Positions 1-13,505 of a stretch of DNA of 64,000 nt are shown piece by piece. Origin of the DNA: the human T2T-CHM13v2.0 reference genome, Homo sapiens. How positions within the stretch are numbered: the first letter of the stretch is position 1; each line of letters starts with the position of its first letter. The DNA is taken from the NCBI RefSeq assembly GCF_009914755.1, contig NC_060928.1. One strand, given 5' to 3'. A model generated the notes under the pieces. The model ran no database searches, had not been told where the DNA came from, and saw nothing but the letters and a program-made list of their open reading frames with translations. The position numbers and the translations under genes were made by a program.

Positions 1-129
1 TTATTTTAACTTGAAATAATTTTATTCTCAAAGCAGGAAATATCTTTTAACTCGAAATGTGTTGAAGTAAATGGTGAACGAGTATCAAATTCATCAGAAA
101 ATATCTACAATAATATGAATACGAATAAC

Positions 130-330
130 AAAGGCAGCAGCTAATATTCATTGAGCTCTTATCATGTGCTGTGTATTGTTTTTATCCTCACAACCACCCT
201 ACAAGGTAGACAGGGACCCTTACATGCATTTAGAGATACGGAAACTATGCCTATGGTCAAGAGCTAGTAAAAGTCAGAGTGGGGTTTCACACCCAGACAG
301 TCTGATTCCTAGTACCTGCTCTATGATTCA
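130..330 (-). mobile_element. MIR SINE fragment
   Basis: MIR core in reverse: tttatcctcacaaccaccctacaaggtag...ggaaact...gcctatggtcaagagctagtaa. Confidence 0.6.
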
Positions 331-626
331 ATTATGCTTTTCATATGAAAACAGGAAATCTACTTTACTAAATCAAGAAGTACCAAAGGTAAGCAATTCA
401 GGAATGACTTGAATAGTTCTTTTCAGTGAGTCAATCCCTCACTCTGTAACAGAGGGTGCTTCCACATCTCAACTCAGGGGGCCTTTACAACCACACCAGT
501 CCCCATGTGAAGCCCAGAAGGCATAAAGAGAGACACAAGAGAGATTAAAGAAACAGAATAAGATTTGAAAGCTATTCTAAAACAAAAATCAGAATAAAGC
601 ACAGCAATAGAAAAAGGCATATTCCA

Positions 627-925
627 GGCCAGGCAAAGTGGCTCCCGCCTGTAATCCCAGCACTTTGGGAGGCTGAGGCCGGCAGATCACCTGAAGTCGG
701 GAGTTCGAGACCAGCCTGACCAACATGGAGAAACCCCGTCTCTACTAAAAATACAAAATTAGCTGGGTGTGGTGACACATGCTTGTAATCCCAGCTACTC
801 GGGAGACTGAGGCAGGAGAATCGCTTGAACCCAGGAGGTGGAGGTTGTGATCGTGCCATTGCACTCCAGCCTGGGCAACAAGAGCGAAACTGTGTCTCAA
901 AAAAAAAAGAAAGAAAGAAAGAAAG
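627..925 (+). mobile_element. Alu (AluSp-like)
   Basis: Dimeric Alu with Sp diagnostics gtcgggagttcgagaccagcctgaccaacatggagaaac and gggcaacaagagcgaaac. A/(GAAA)n tail; diverged TSD aaaggcatattcca / aaagccatactcca. Confidence 0.93.
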
Positions 926-3089
926 AGAAAGCCATACTCCAGGGACAAAGAACAAAGCAATTTGGCTAGATTTGAAAGGTTTATGAAGGAGAACAGGAGA
1001 TAGGTATGGGCCAAACTGTGGGTGGCCTGAAACCAGTTTCATGAAGTCCTTTAAATCGATTTCTAAAACTGATGGTGAGTCACTACATGTTTTTAAACAG
1101 GAAATGAGGAGTGCAAAACGTTATTTTAGCAAAATTAATCTAGCAGAGTTTTAAAAATGAATTAGAAGAGAAAGAGACAAACTACAGACAAAATAGGCAG
1201 GAAATACCACGTTCCCTTAGCAATCACAGATTAACATTCATAATTTCAAGTTTTCCCAAGTGATCTCCAAATGTTCCCATTTCTAATTTTTCTAAGGCAC
1301 AGAGTTATGAGGTCGGTTTGTGAAAGCAATTCACTAGCCAGCACTATGCTCCTGCTTCTCAGGGAAGTATGGTTTGTCTGTGGTTGTTTTTCCCCCTAGG
1401 CCAGGGTCCTATTCTCACTTAGTAAGTGATGAAAAATGTTTCTGTATGCAAAGTACCTCCAGGTAAACTGCAACTGCAGGTGTAGAAATAAACAATGAAT
1501 TATTGGATAGTAATGACAGTAGTGATTTAATTGTGAAAGTTCCACACATTAATTCCTTGGTAATATCAAGATATTTTATACTTTCACCTTCCAGGCATTT
1601 GTGTCAAGAAGAAGACAATAGAAATAGGAAAAAGAGAAAGCTGACACAAAAGACATTGAAATGAAAAGTAGGACTTAGTGGCTGACTAGAGAAAGGGGAC
1701 GAGGAAAAGAAGAAATGAAGACAGTCTCTAAAGTTTCAAGCCTGGGAGACAGGGAGGATGGCAGTGCCTTGAGTAGGCTAAAGAAATCCTAGAGGTAACC
1801 TAGTACAAGGAAAATGAGACTGGTGTCTGTGTGCGCTGAATCAAAGTTCTTAAAGGCTGATGATGCAAGTGAACTCCTGTCTGGCAGAAGAGAATTGACT
1901 TAGATAATTTTGATGTTCTTTGAAACCCATCAAGAGAATGTAAAGTTTGTTCAATGCTTTTTTTCTTCTGCTCTTTTAAAGCTGCAAGACTGAGGTACTC
2001 TAATTCCCTGATTTTTTAAAATCAGAATTGTACGGTTCTGCCTTTTATTTCAGAAAATGCTTTATGAATCATCCTAAACGGTTCCTTAGGAGGCAAAAAA
2101 AAAAAAAAAAAAAAAAACCTCTCAGTCTTCATGACCAGTTTCAAAATAGTTCTATTTTTAATTCATGTCTAAAAGCTACAAGTATTTAAACTTTAGTACA
2201 TTTAAATAATGAAAATAATGATGTCATATTGATATACATCCTAATTAACACAGAGAAAGGCTACTGATAAAATAACTTTACTATGTTAATGTTTTGTCTT
2301 TGTTTTGCACGAGAAGCTTTCAGAAAGACAAATATTCTGTGAAATAATTAAAACTAGATTTATACCAAGAAGATGAAAAGAAAGAAGAAAAACCCACCAG
2401 AAACCCGAGAATTCAGAGAGAATTATTCACAATGACAAAGAGTCATCATCTCAGAGTCCCCTGGCCTGCTCCTGGTGCATCACCAGCCTCATCTGTATTC
2501 CCCACGGGAAGCAGCAGCAGCTCCAGGGAAGATCAGCAGCGAAGAAAGAATGTGTTATGCAAAAATAGTTATTTCAGACAGATCACAAATGGAAGCCTGG
2601 TGGGCAGAGAAAAGTTGAAGCAGTGTGCAACAAGAACATTTTAAAAGGCAGTACTTAAGAAGGGAGCAACTGTTTTTCCTTTTTAATTTTTTGTTGTTGA
2701 GGTTCAAATGAAGATGAGTTAAGGGGGCTCTCCTTTCAGTTTCCACGTTTAGGACTTTGGGCCTCGGTATCATATTATAATTAAATGTCAGATGAGAAAT
2801 CATGAGAGTAGTTAAAACTAGGTGCCACACGGCAGGTCTAGGTTTTTGGGGCCTCAGTGACCTCAACTGTGGCCTCTACTGTGATTGCCTATCACTGGTG
2901 CCCATAAATAATATCTGAATGAGTCAGTCAATTGTTGTTTGGTATCTGGTTATTCAATACCCAAATTAGTGAATCCTATGAATAAGTTGCAGTTTACCAA
3001 ACATAGTAAAAGCTTTGTTATTCAAATATTTGATGCAATGGCAAATAATAGTTAAAGCATTTTAATCAGCTAAAAGTTAATTCATATCT

Positions 3090-3430
3090 CAGTAACATTT
3101 ATTAAGTACTTTTAACCAATATCATCCATTTTATTTAATCTTCACAGTAGTGACGATACTCCATTTTATGAATGAAGATAACTAAGGCTCAAAAATTATT
3201 AAGAAACTTAAACCAAGATAATAGTAGTTGACTTAGCTTCCTCTGGGGGTTTGGCTAATTTAATCCTCACAGTTCCCTAAGAAAGGTACTATTATTACCT
3301 CCATTATGCAGACGAGGAAACTGAGGCTCAGCGAGTTTTAGGTAAGTGGCCAAAATTCTTAAGGTAGCAAGTTATACAGTCAGCCAAGATGTGAACCAAT
3401 CCTGGCAGTCTGGCCGCAGGGCCCAAGAAG
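3090..3430 (-). mobile_element. Two adjacent MIR fragments
   Basis: atttaatcttcacag...ccattttatgaatgaagataactaaggctca and tttaatcctcacag...ccattatgcagacgaggaaactgaggctcag. Confidence 0.65.
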
Positions 3431-5190
3431 AGCTCGTTAGGTGGTAGAAAGTTGGAACTGGAAAAGAAGTAGATTCTAAAAAAACAGTGATTCAGAGGCC
3501 AGTGCTATTCCTGCAGGCCACGCTGCTCTAACTAGGTACTCACCAGTTTTTTCCCTCTATCTCTTATCTCCTTACCCCATACCTGCCCACTGACCCACCT
3601 CCCCAGCCCCTCATTCCCTACCCCAGGATAAGAACAGTGCCAGCCTCTGATTTAATCTGGGTTTACATTATCTAAGGGGAAGAGACCAGGGATTTTACAG
3701 TAACCCAACACTTCCACCCAAAAGAAACAGGTTTAGACTGTGACAGATTTTTTACCAGAAGTTTTGTCACTTGAGTGAACTAGACTGGCCTTCTTTCTGG
3801 TGTCAAAAGAAAGACAGCTTTATTAATGGTTAATAATGATCTAAATGAACAGCTGTATTTTTATTAAGTAAAACTGATTCAGAAATCCTCATAATGCCCC
3901 TAGTCTTAAAATTATTCCCATCCTATGTGCTATATTGTCACTACTTTAAAAATTCACAGAATATAGTCTTATAACAGGATTGCAAAATACCAGAAATAAA
4001 TCTTTCAAAAATATACATTTATGGATGTAGGGCTGATTCTAAAATAGGTATCAACCAGCGCTGCCTTTTTCTGCTTGCTTCAGATACCTGAAATACATAC
4101 ATCAAAACCATCTGTACACAGAAATGGGGCCATTGCTGGAAGCAGTATTCAGTATTATTCTTAAAGTTACAAAAACGTGAACTATCTATAAAATATTCTG
4201 TCTGATTCTTACTGAAAATAGCCCAATAGAAAAAATATTCATGTATGCATCATTATAATAATCAAGCTAGGATAAGGTGACAACTACCTTGGGAAAGTAG
4301 AGAAGAAAAATGTGAAATAGAAAGTAAAATATAAAAGTATGGTTGGTGCACGCCTGCTACATTCCACACTTCTATCTTGAACTGCATGTGCCATACAATT
4401 TAGAAGTGTGCTAAGTACAAACCTTTACAGTGACTGCAATGATGAAGTCGCTAACAAAATTCTCAAGTACGTACATTTACTTCCCCATGGAAAATCCATT
4501 GACAACGACCACTGATATAAGTCATTCTAGTCCTTACCAACACAGTTTGGCTCACTTTAGGGAAATAACTTATCCTTTTTGCCCCCATTTTTTCATCTGA
4601 AGAAGCAGGAAAATGACCAACGTGATTTCTTTAGTTTCCTCAAACTTTAATATTCATCAACTTGGTCAAAAACAATAATTTCAAATTTATGCATTAATAA
4701 AATGTGTGGGAGTCCGATCATGGTAAATGCACAGAGTGTGCTCTATGGGATAGCTATGTGAATACTCGAGAAGCAAAACAAGTCTTGCAAAATTATTAAT
4801 AATCCTTTCTTTCATTTCTATGAAGTCAAGGTGTTACTGGAGTTGCTTAGAATAAGCATATCCACCCTCTCAAGTAGCAAACACCCTTACACTACTCTAA
4901 AAGATAGTGATTTTCATGAATCAATAGCTATTTCTTCTTTTTATATATCAAGAGTATAACTATTCTTTAAAAATATTTTTTTAATCAGACAAATGAAGAT
5001 GTTCTTTAGAATATGTATGTGAGTGAAGGTATCCAAATTGGTAATAAGGGGCTAGGTTTTAGGAATGTAGAGAAAATGGACTTGGGATATTAGATCTGCT
5101 AATATCAAGACAAAATCTGAATCCTTGTTGAAGTTCAAAATAATGACTCAGATTTCAAGGGTTTCTTTTTCTTCCTTCTACAAAGAAATA

Positions 5191-5546
5191 CAGTCACGTA
5201 CTGCATAACAAGGTTTTGGCCAAGGACATGCTGCCTACATGATGGTAGGCCCATAAGATTATAACATCATATTTTTACTGTGTCTTTTCTATGTTTAGAT
5301 ATGTTATATACACAAATACTTACCTTTGTGTTACAATTACCTACAATATTCAGTACAGTAACGTGGTACAGGTTTGTAGCCGAGAAGCAATAGGCTACAT
5401 CACATTCTCTAGGTTTATATAAATAGACCCTGTATCAGCTATATCATCTAGGTTTGTGTAAATACACCCTATGATGTTCCCACAACAAAATCGGCAAATG
5501 ACGCATTTCTCAGGATGTTTCCCTGTTGTTAAGCAAAGTGTGACTA
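5191..5546 (+). mobile_element. Tigger3a-like (TcMar-Tigger) MITE
   Basis: Terminal inverted repeats cagtcacgtactgcataac ... gttaagcaaagtgtgact with TA flanks; internal cccataagattataa and cgcatttctcagga motifs. Confidence 0.8.
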
Positions 5547-6185
5547 TAACATTTTTATTGAGTATTTGAACAAGCCTCTCCCTATCACAATGAATTCAAT
5601 CACTCATGAATTATTTCATAAGGTGCTGTAATATGGTATAATACATTATACATTTTTCTCAGGCTATAATTTTGGTATTTAATGAAACTAAGCAGACTGC
5701 CTTAGTGTTGTTATGGGAACATTTATCAGATGGGAGGAAGTTGGCAGTAAGCTGTCTGCTGCCAAATGGGAAAGGATTCATTAGCTCTAGAAGACTGGCA
5801 GTCCTAAGAATCATTTAAATACAGACATAAAAAAATGCTCGGTTGGCAATTAGGATTTTACACAATTCTAAAATCTCTTTTTAACACATACAGGTGAGAG
5901 CTTTACAATACTTGGTAAACAATTCTGAACAAATTCAAGTAAAGTTGCAAATTTCAGAAGAATACAGGAAAAAGAACAGATGGAGTTGATGTGTAAGAGA
6001 AAAGTCATTTGTTTCCAAAAGAACAGGGAAGGCCAGTGTCTACACTAGCATACCATAATAGGAGTTGCCTAAAAGCAGGCAAAGTGATCATTTTGTCACA
6101 GGCAGACATTTGACTTGGCTATATATACATTCTATAGAAAAATTTTACCTTGATAGTCCACATCGAGGTTAAAAAAAGTGAAATA

Positions 6186-6802
<617 letters not shown>

Positions 6803-7094
6803 AGGGAAATGTATCAGGTATAGAACTGATTTCTGCATCTTTGACACTTTGTGGAATATAAACGTGACCCCCTGTGCAACATTTGACAATGAATTTCTTA
6901 GTTGATCCACTCAAAGAAATGGAGTCCCCAAACACATATGCATGCACGCTAATTACATACAGTTTAAAGTATCTTGCCCTGGGTTTAAAAGTTTTCACCA
7001 GCAAATTTGACTCATCCTTTCCCTATGAGAATTTTGATTTAATTTCACTTCTTCATTTAGAAAATGGCCATGCCTTTGAGAAACCTTAATTGTC

Positions 7095-7590
7095 AGTCAG
7101 CATTTATTACCACACTCTTCTATACTCTCTCTGAGCTATAGGAGCTGGAAGCTGAAGCACTATGTTTCCCAGACTCCCTTGCCATTAGGGTTCTGGATAA
7201 GGCTTAGGTTCAGCCAAGGAGATGTACTCACATCATGTGATTAGCTGAAAGCAAAGGAAGGTAAAAGTCATCCATCCCCAGCACTTGACATGGCTACTGA
7301 CTACAGGTTTTGGTAAAAACTTTTTAATAACTGGCAATTCCATATTCCAATTCTAGTCACCAGTTTAGGGGCTATGGAGTAGTTACAGCTTTGGCAGGCA
7401 TTTCCTGCATTTGTGCATGGCAGTTTCCTGGACTCCAGTTCACAGTTTGCAGTAGAGGGAACAACAGCAACAAGAAACCTGAACTGATATATTCCTCTGC
7501 TTTTTCTAAAAATTTTGAAGATACTTAATTCATTGTTTTAAAACTCTTTTCAGTGTGAAATATCTGGGGCTTTTGTTGTTGTTCGCCCTG
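7095..7590. mobile_element. Old ERVL-type solo LTR (LTR33/LTR16-like)
   Basis: ggagctggaagctgaagcactatgtttcccagactcccttgccattagggttctggat...ggttcagccaa resembles the LTR33/LTR16 conserved block. Boundaries are uncertain. Confidence 0.45.
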
Positions 7591-8186
7591 AGGTCCCTTC
7601 TCTCAAGAAAAACTAATGATCTGAATCTATCAATTCAGGATATGCATTGGCCCACAAGTCAAAGTTGTGGTATTTTTAAAGAGATCACAAAAGCATGTAG
7701 CATAGACAGTGTGGTCTCTGTAATTGCTTGATGTAGGCTTTAATGAGGACAAGAGAATATTCTCTCATCCTTTCTTATTCCCACCCTTTCTTCCAGGCTT
7801 AAATAACCATCTGGACAAGGTGTGTTCATCCTTATTTTTATTCTGCTTCCCTCTCTTCTCTTTCTACTCTTCACACTTGCGTAAGCCCTGGGCTGGGTTA
7901 TGGAAGCACAGCAGTAGGTGTTAGGATACATATTTTGCTCTGGCATATATGATAGGTACACCATGGTTTAAAGTTTCTGGTTGATTTAGGGGTAGAAATA
8001 AGTAAAGCCAATTTTACATTATTTTTAAGTCACTTAAGGGAATCAGAACAGAGTCCTACATTTGGTTTGGTCTAGCTCCTCAGGCACTATACTGAGGTTT
8101 AGGGCCAAAGGCTTAGCCAGTAGCTATTTATCATGAATAAATAGATTTCTATCATGATCTCAGGTGGAAGTTGGTATAAGACACAG

Positions 8187-8507
8187 TTTTATTTTTATTT
8201 TATTTTTTATTTACTTATTATTTGTTTTTAGAGACGAGGTCTTGCTCTGTCACCCAGGCTGGAGTGCAGTGGTGTAATCATAACTTACTGCATCTTTGAA
8301 TTCCTGTGCCATCAACTGATCCTCGCACCTCAGCCTCCTGACCAGCTGGGATTACAGACATTCACCACAGAGCCTGGCTAATTTTTTTGTAGAGACAGGG
8401 TCTTACTTTGTTGCCCAGGCTGGTCTCAAACTCCTAGCTTCAAGCGATCTGCCTGCCCTAGCCTCTCAAAGTGCTGGGATTACAAGTGTGAGCTACTGTG
8501 CCTGGCC
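8187..8507 (-). mobile_element. Alu (AluJ-like)
   Basis: T-rich tail, then gagacgaggtcttgctctgtcacccaggctggagtgcagtgg...gtgctgggattacaagtgtgagctactgtgcctggcc. Confidence 0.9.
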
Positions 8508-8789
8508 ACATGACAGAGTTCTAGTATCTGTAATTTCACATCCAGGCCTTCATTCTCTCCACCTATAAACGTCCACTGGAACACAATTGGAAGAAAATAT
8601 TGGTAAAAACGTTGTTCCTTTCATGAGCAGCATAAGCAGTATGTTATATAATTTAATCTAATTCAGCGTTAATAAATACTCAAGTTTAAATTTTACCAAA
8701 ACAAACCCATTAATTACAAATGAAGTAACCCAAGGTTTATAGGATGACAGACTCTTAGCAATACTATGAAAGAAACCACAATAAGGTAT

Positions 8790-9235
8790 ACTGCCTTCAG
8801 CCTGCTCACTCTGAGTCACACTTGCCTCCTTGATGTTGTAATATTTCTTTCTGGGAGCCAAGCTCCAGCTGTTCACACTGTGAAGAGCCCTTCCTCTGGG
8901 TGTCTCCTTAGCTACCTCTTCACCTATTTCAAGTCTGCTCAAATCTCCTCTCCTTCTCAATGAGGCCTATTCTGACCACTCTACTTAACAATTCCACCCA
9001 CCCTCACCCTGCCACTCCCTTATCCCACCCCATACAATTTTCTATTTGTATGGAACTTATCACCTTCTAACATCTTTTATAATTTACTTATTTATACTTT
9101 ATTGGATTTATTATGTTTTGTCTTCTACTGTTAAGACAGTAAGGAACTTTGTAGAAACTTTACTGTCATATCCCAAGTGCCTAAAACAGTACTTGGCATA
9201 TAATAATACCTCAAATACTTGTTGAATATGTGTCA
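8790..9235 (+). mobile_element. L2 3' end
   Basis: ttcaagtctgctcaaat...tgaggcctattctgaccac...cccaagtgcctaaaacagtacttggcatataataatacctcaaatacttgttgaat. Confidence 0.65.
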
Positions 9236-12224
9236 ATAAGAAGTTCCTAAATGAATCAATTGTTTTGATTTCTCCTCTCCCTCTTGTCCCCTATAAGGTC
9301 CTATCAGTTCTGTATAACTTGCTATTTCTAAAAATAATGGGATTTAAGTTTTTTTTTTTTTTTTTTAGGGTTCTGGCTCTATACAATTAAAAGCCGTTGC
9401 AAAATCTGTTAATTGGGTAGATTTACATAGAATGATTATGAAATAACCATTGAGATCACTTACTTCAGTGGTTCCCAGACTTGGATTTCATGGACCAGTA
9501 AAATATCCCCCACAGCAGAGAGAGGGCAGTGAGGATCAGATGAAAATATAATGTCAGTATGTTCTTTTGCTCTGCAAAGGCATTAAATTAAACCAATAGC
9601 ATCTATCATAATTAAAATAGGATTAGGTTCATATACCTAATCCACCAAAAAACTTAGAAGAAAAAATGGTTCTACCAGAGATAAAGGGCTGCCAATGTTG
9701 CACATGTATATAGGCATATATACATATATAATTTTTAAATTTCTTTCATCATTTTACTATAATCTAGTGATTAGCACTGACTCTGAGTAGGGGAGGAGAG
9801 ATTTTGATGATTTTGTTCAGTAGTCTATCCAGTACAGGAATCCCTAAAAAAATGATTCCTGAAAGAAGGTTATGCTCTATGGAATCTGCGATTAAACAAA
9901 ACGGCAGCAGCTGCTGCAGCAATAACAACAACAGCAACAAACTCAGCAAAAGCAGTTTATTTCATGTTGGATGACTCTTATAATAGAAAACATTTCTTTG
10001 TATCTCTTTTTGATGTAAGGGATACTGCACATGGTTTAAAAATAAGAATAATCAAACGAAGACAGACATTCCACATTTCTCCTTCCATAAAGGCAGTCTT
10101 TTTCCCAAACATTGAAAAATGAAATAATGCCATTTTTAAATATAGACTAATTATTCTTTGTACAAACAGTAAAACATTTGCTATGTCTATTTTTTTACCT
10201 GTACAATCTTTAAGACAGATTCAGACAGACACAAACTTAAACTGAACATTAACCTTTAATGTGCTTCATACAGTCCCCTAACCTTTTAACCAATCAGACC
10301 TCATTCTCAACTTATACAATTTTTATATTAAACCCTTTTCCCTTGTTGCTTTACCCAAGAATAAAAGAAAAACCCTTGAACATCTGAAACTGCTTTGATG
10401 TCTAAGTAGTTGTTCAAATATTATAATACTTACATGTGTACATCAATAAAATGTACTAACCTTTCAAGAGAATTGGCCATATACAAGCACAAAGCAGCCT
10501 TTTATGAAACAATAGGTAATTTACATGAAAATAAAAGGAATTTATCAGATAACATTACTGAGATATACTCAAACTGCCATTGGCTTTGTTGGTAGTGACA
10601 TCCAGGCCATAGATACTACATAAAATTTTCTATATAACAACAGAAGTGGTTTGCATGTTAAATAAGATTAGTCTTACCTGGTTAGTTAAAAGGAAAGTAG
10701 ATGGATGATACAGCAATGGAATGATCAAAGGTAGAAGATGGTAGACTTGCTAAATCAGTTAAGTAAAAATTTAAGTCATAAGGGATCAATTAGAATACAT
10801 ACAACCAGATAAAATATGGAACATATATTCATTTAGCAGATTTCAAGAAGATAAACTTGAATTTGCATGCACATTCCAACTTAAAAGTATTTTAGGATGA
10901 AACATATACAACAACCATTTAGATAATGAAGTACTCCTAGGCAAAGAAATTCTTCCCACTACACCCAATCAAACACCAACATATTCTCTTCCAGACTCTG
11001 AATTTCATCACTTAGATTTTCCTTTCACCTCAAACCAATTGTTACTTTGGCTTTTCTGAGGTACACAATTCTTTGGTGTCTGATAACCCATTTTCGTGCC
11101 AAAATATTACACAATTGTCCCATGAGAGCAGTGCAACGCACCGTTCCTCCAACCCAAAAAGCAGATTTTTATCATGCAAAATTCAGTCTCAACACAAAGA
11201 TTTAATGTTTACTCATTTAAACAAATTTCTTTTGACTCCTTAGAGTATTTTTTCCTGAATATTTTATCTCCCTCAATGGAAAGTTGTCCCAAAAAGGCAG
11301 AGAGAAAAGAGAAAAAGAAAAGAAAACTAAATTTCCTGAATTCAATTTCTCATTGCTTAGGTCATGTTTGCAAGTGGCCCACCCTGCCACGTTAAGTCCA
11401 CATTGTACAGTTTATTTCTGGAGAGAACATATTATGTTAATTTGGATTTTCATATGGTTATTACACTCTATGAAGCCAATATTTGAAAAGTATTTAGTTC
11501 ATCATTTAAAAGACGGATAAAATACTTTTTACCTCTAAGGATTCCAAAGCAACAACAATATGAAGACCCATTTGTTGGTTACCACTTACATTGTATATTT
11601 CCTTAGGGTATATTAATACATTTGAAAGCTACTTTGGGTTCAAGCCAAAACATTATGATTTATTTACTTTGTTGATATTAACAAGAGCTAAATTATTAGA
11701 AAGCAATGAGACAATATTCAAAACTGAAACAACAGCACACAGCCATTTTCTTAGTCTTTCTTGTCCCCCCTTTAATTATACCTGCAATTTAGCATTTTGA
11801 TCTGAATTCAGAAGAAAGACAGGTGAGAAATGATTTGCCTCAAGTTAAACTCCAAATTCCATTCTCTTAACTAAACATGTTGGCATCATTAATAGAAGGA
11901 AGTGGTGAGACAAATACAAAATTACATTTCTGTAAGAGAAATAACTCTCTAGGCTCTGTAAATGCCCATTATTAGGGGAGATAATCTTTAGACAGCAATA
12001 GGGATGATGATTCCTGACATCACTATAGAGGCTCTTGGTTAAGGCACCTTAAGAACAAATTGCTTCTGGATGCATACTGAGATGCATGGTGACTTTTGTG
12101 TTTGTTTTTTGAGTAAATCCCAGCCACATGGTTACCAGACAGTTTTCTTCACCTAGACAGCTTTAGTAAAAAAGCATCAAAGAGGAGCTTAGTCAACATT
12201 TAAATCGTTACCGAATATGTGTAC

Positions 12225-13505
12225 AAGTATTTACCAAGAGCTTAATATATGTGATGTATTGTTTTAGACACTGGAAATAGGGCAATGAAAAAAAGAGTTA
12301 AACATCTCTCCCCTCCTTCAGCGTACATTCTAAAGAGGCAGAAAGATAACTAATAAATAAAAAAAACTGAGCTACAAAGTGTATCAATGAATGATAAGTG
12401 CAATGGAGATTATAATCTAGGGGTGATAACAAGCACCTGGGAAGTGGTGAGGGTTGGGGGACACAGCTATCACACAGGGTGGTCAGAGACGGTCTCCCTT
12501 AGGAGGTGACTTCTAAACACAGACACAGAAGGTCAGGGCTGGTATAATTATGTGGGTGACAGGCTGGCTGGCTGGAAAGGACACAAACTACAGAACATGT
12601 GTGAGAAAGAGAAGGGAAGCCAGAGGGGCTGAGGTGAATGAACAAGGGTAGCAGGAGTAGGAGTTGAAATCAGAAAGACATAAAGGCATAACAGGCAAAG
12701 GATCAGAAAGGCCTTGGAGATGAGGTAAAGCACTTATCCTCTTGACCTCTCTAGTGGGAAAGGAAGCTCCTAGAGGGATGTGAGCAGAAGGGCTGTATGG
12801 TGGTACTTCTGTTTTACCAGCATCACACTGACCACTGGGTTGAGAATGGGGGCAGAGGGAAGCCAGAGAACACTTTAGATAGAGGCCACTGCAATAATCC
12901 AGCCAAGGTAGTGGAAGGGCTAGTGCAGACAGGGAATGGAGAAGTGATCAAATTCCAGGCATAGTTTAAAGACAGAGCTAAAAGAACTTTCAGACAGACT
13001 GTGTACAGGATGGAGAAAAAATAGAAAGGAGATGTCAAGAATATAGTTGTGTGTAATAAGATGGAAGGCAAAGTAGGAAGAACAGATTTATGAAGGAAGG
13101 TCAGAAGTGTGGCTTTGGAAATGTTTAAATTTGAGGTGTGTCTCACACAGGCAAATGGAGAAAAGTAGATAACTAGAAATATGAGACTGGACAGAGGAAA
13201 GGACCGGGCTAAAGATGAGAATATTTAGGAATCATCTCACAAAAGACAATTTTTAGAACAAGACAATAGGGAAAATATCCAAAGGCAGTGAATGTAGATA
13301 GAGGAGGGAAGTCTAAGGACTAAATTGTGGGACACTCTAAGAGGGAGAAGAACCTCCAAGGAGACTAAGTAAAAAGGACCACAAACTAAGGAAAAAGCAG
13401 GTGAGCGTGGTATCCTGATAACCAAGGGAAGAAAGTATTGAAAGAAAGAGGGAGTGTCAACTTCTCAGGAGGTCCAATGAGAGAAAGACTAAAAATTGGC
13501 TGATG
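12225..13505 (-). mobile_element. L2 (L2a-like), about 1.3 kb
   Basis: Purine-rich antisense L2 3' region: gacactggaaatagggcaatgaa..., cactgaccactgggttgagaat..., gtggctttggaaatgtttaaatttgaggtg. Confidence 0.7.

Noticed and set aside
572-1042. 156-aa ORF and the other long ORFs at 6119-6910, 18352-18953, 39368-40228, 48010-48327 and 49230-49421
   Set aside because: All are translations of Alu sequence ([19 protein letters not shown]-type artefact peptides) with no gene structure.
2432-2866. Overlapping ORFs in a GC-richer patch
   Set aside because: No recognisable protein similarity, convincing splice sites or promoter.
9465-9850. Possible hAT-Charlie remnant (cagtggttcccagactt...)
   Set aside because: Only one terminus is recognisable, so family and extent cannot be supported by eye.
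9903-9953. CAG/CAA-like run (gcagcagctgctgcagcaataacaacaacagcaac)
   Set aside because: Short, heavily interrupted and intronic, so not a credible expandable trinucleotide repeat or polyQ exon.
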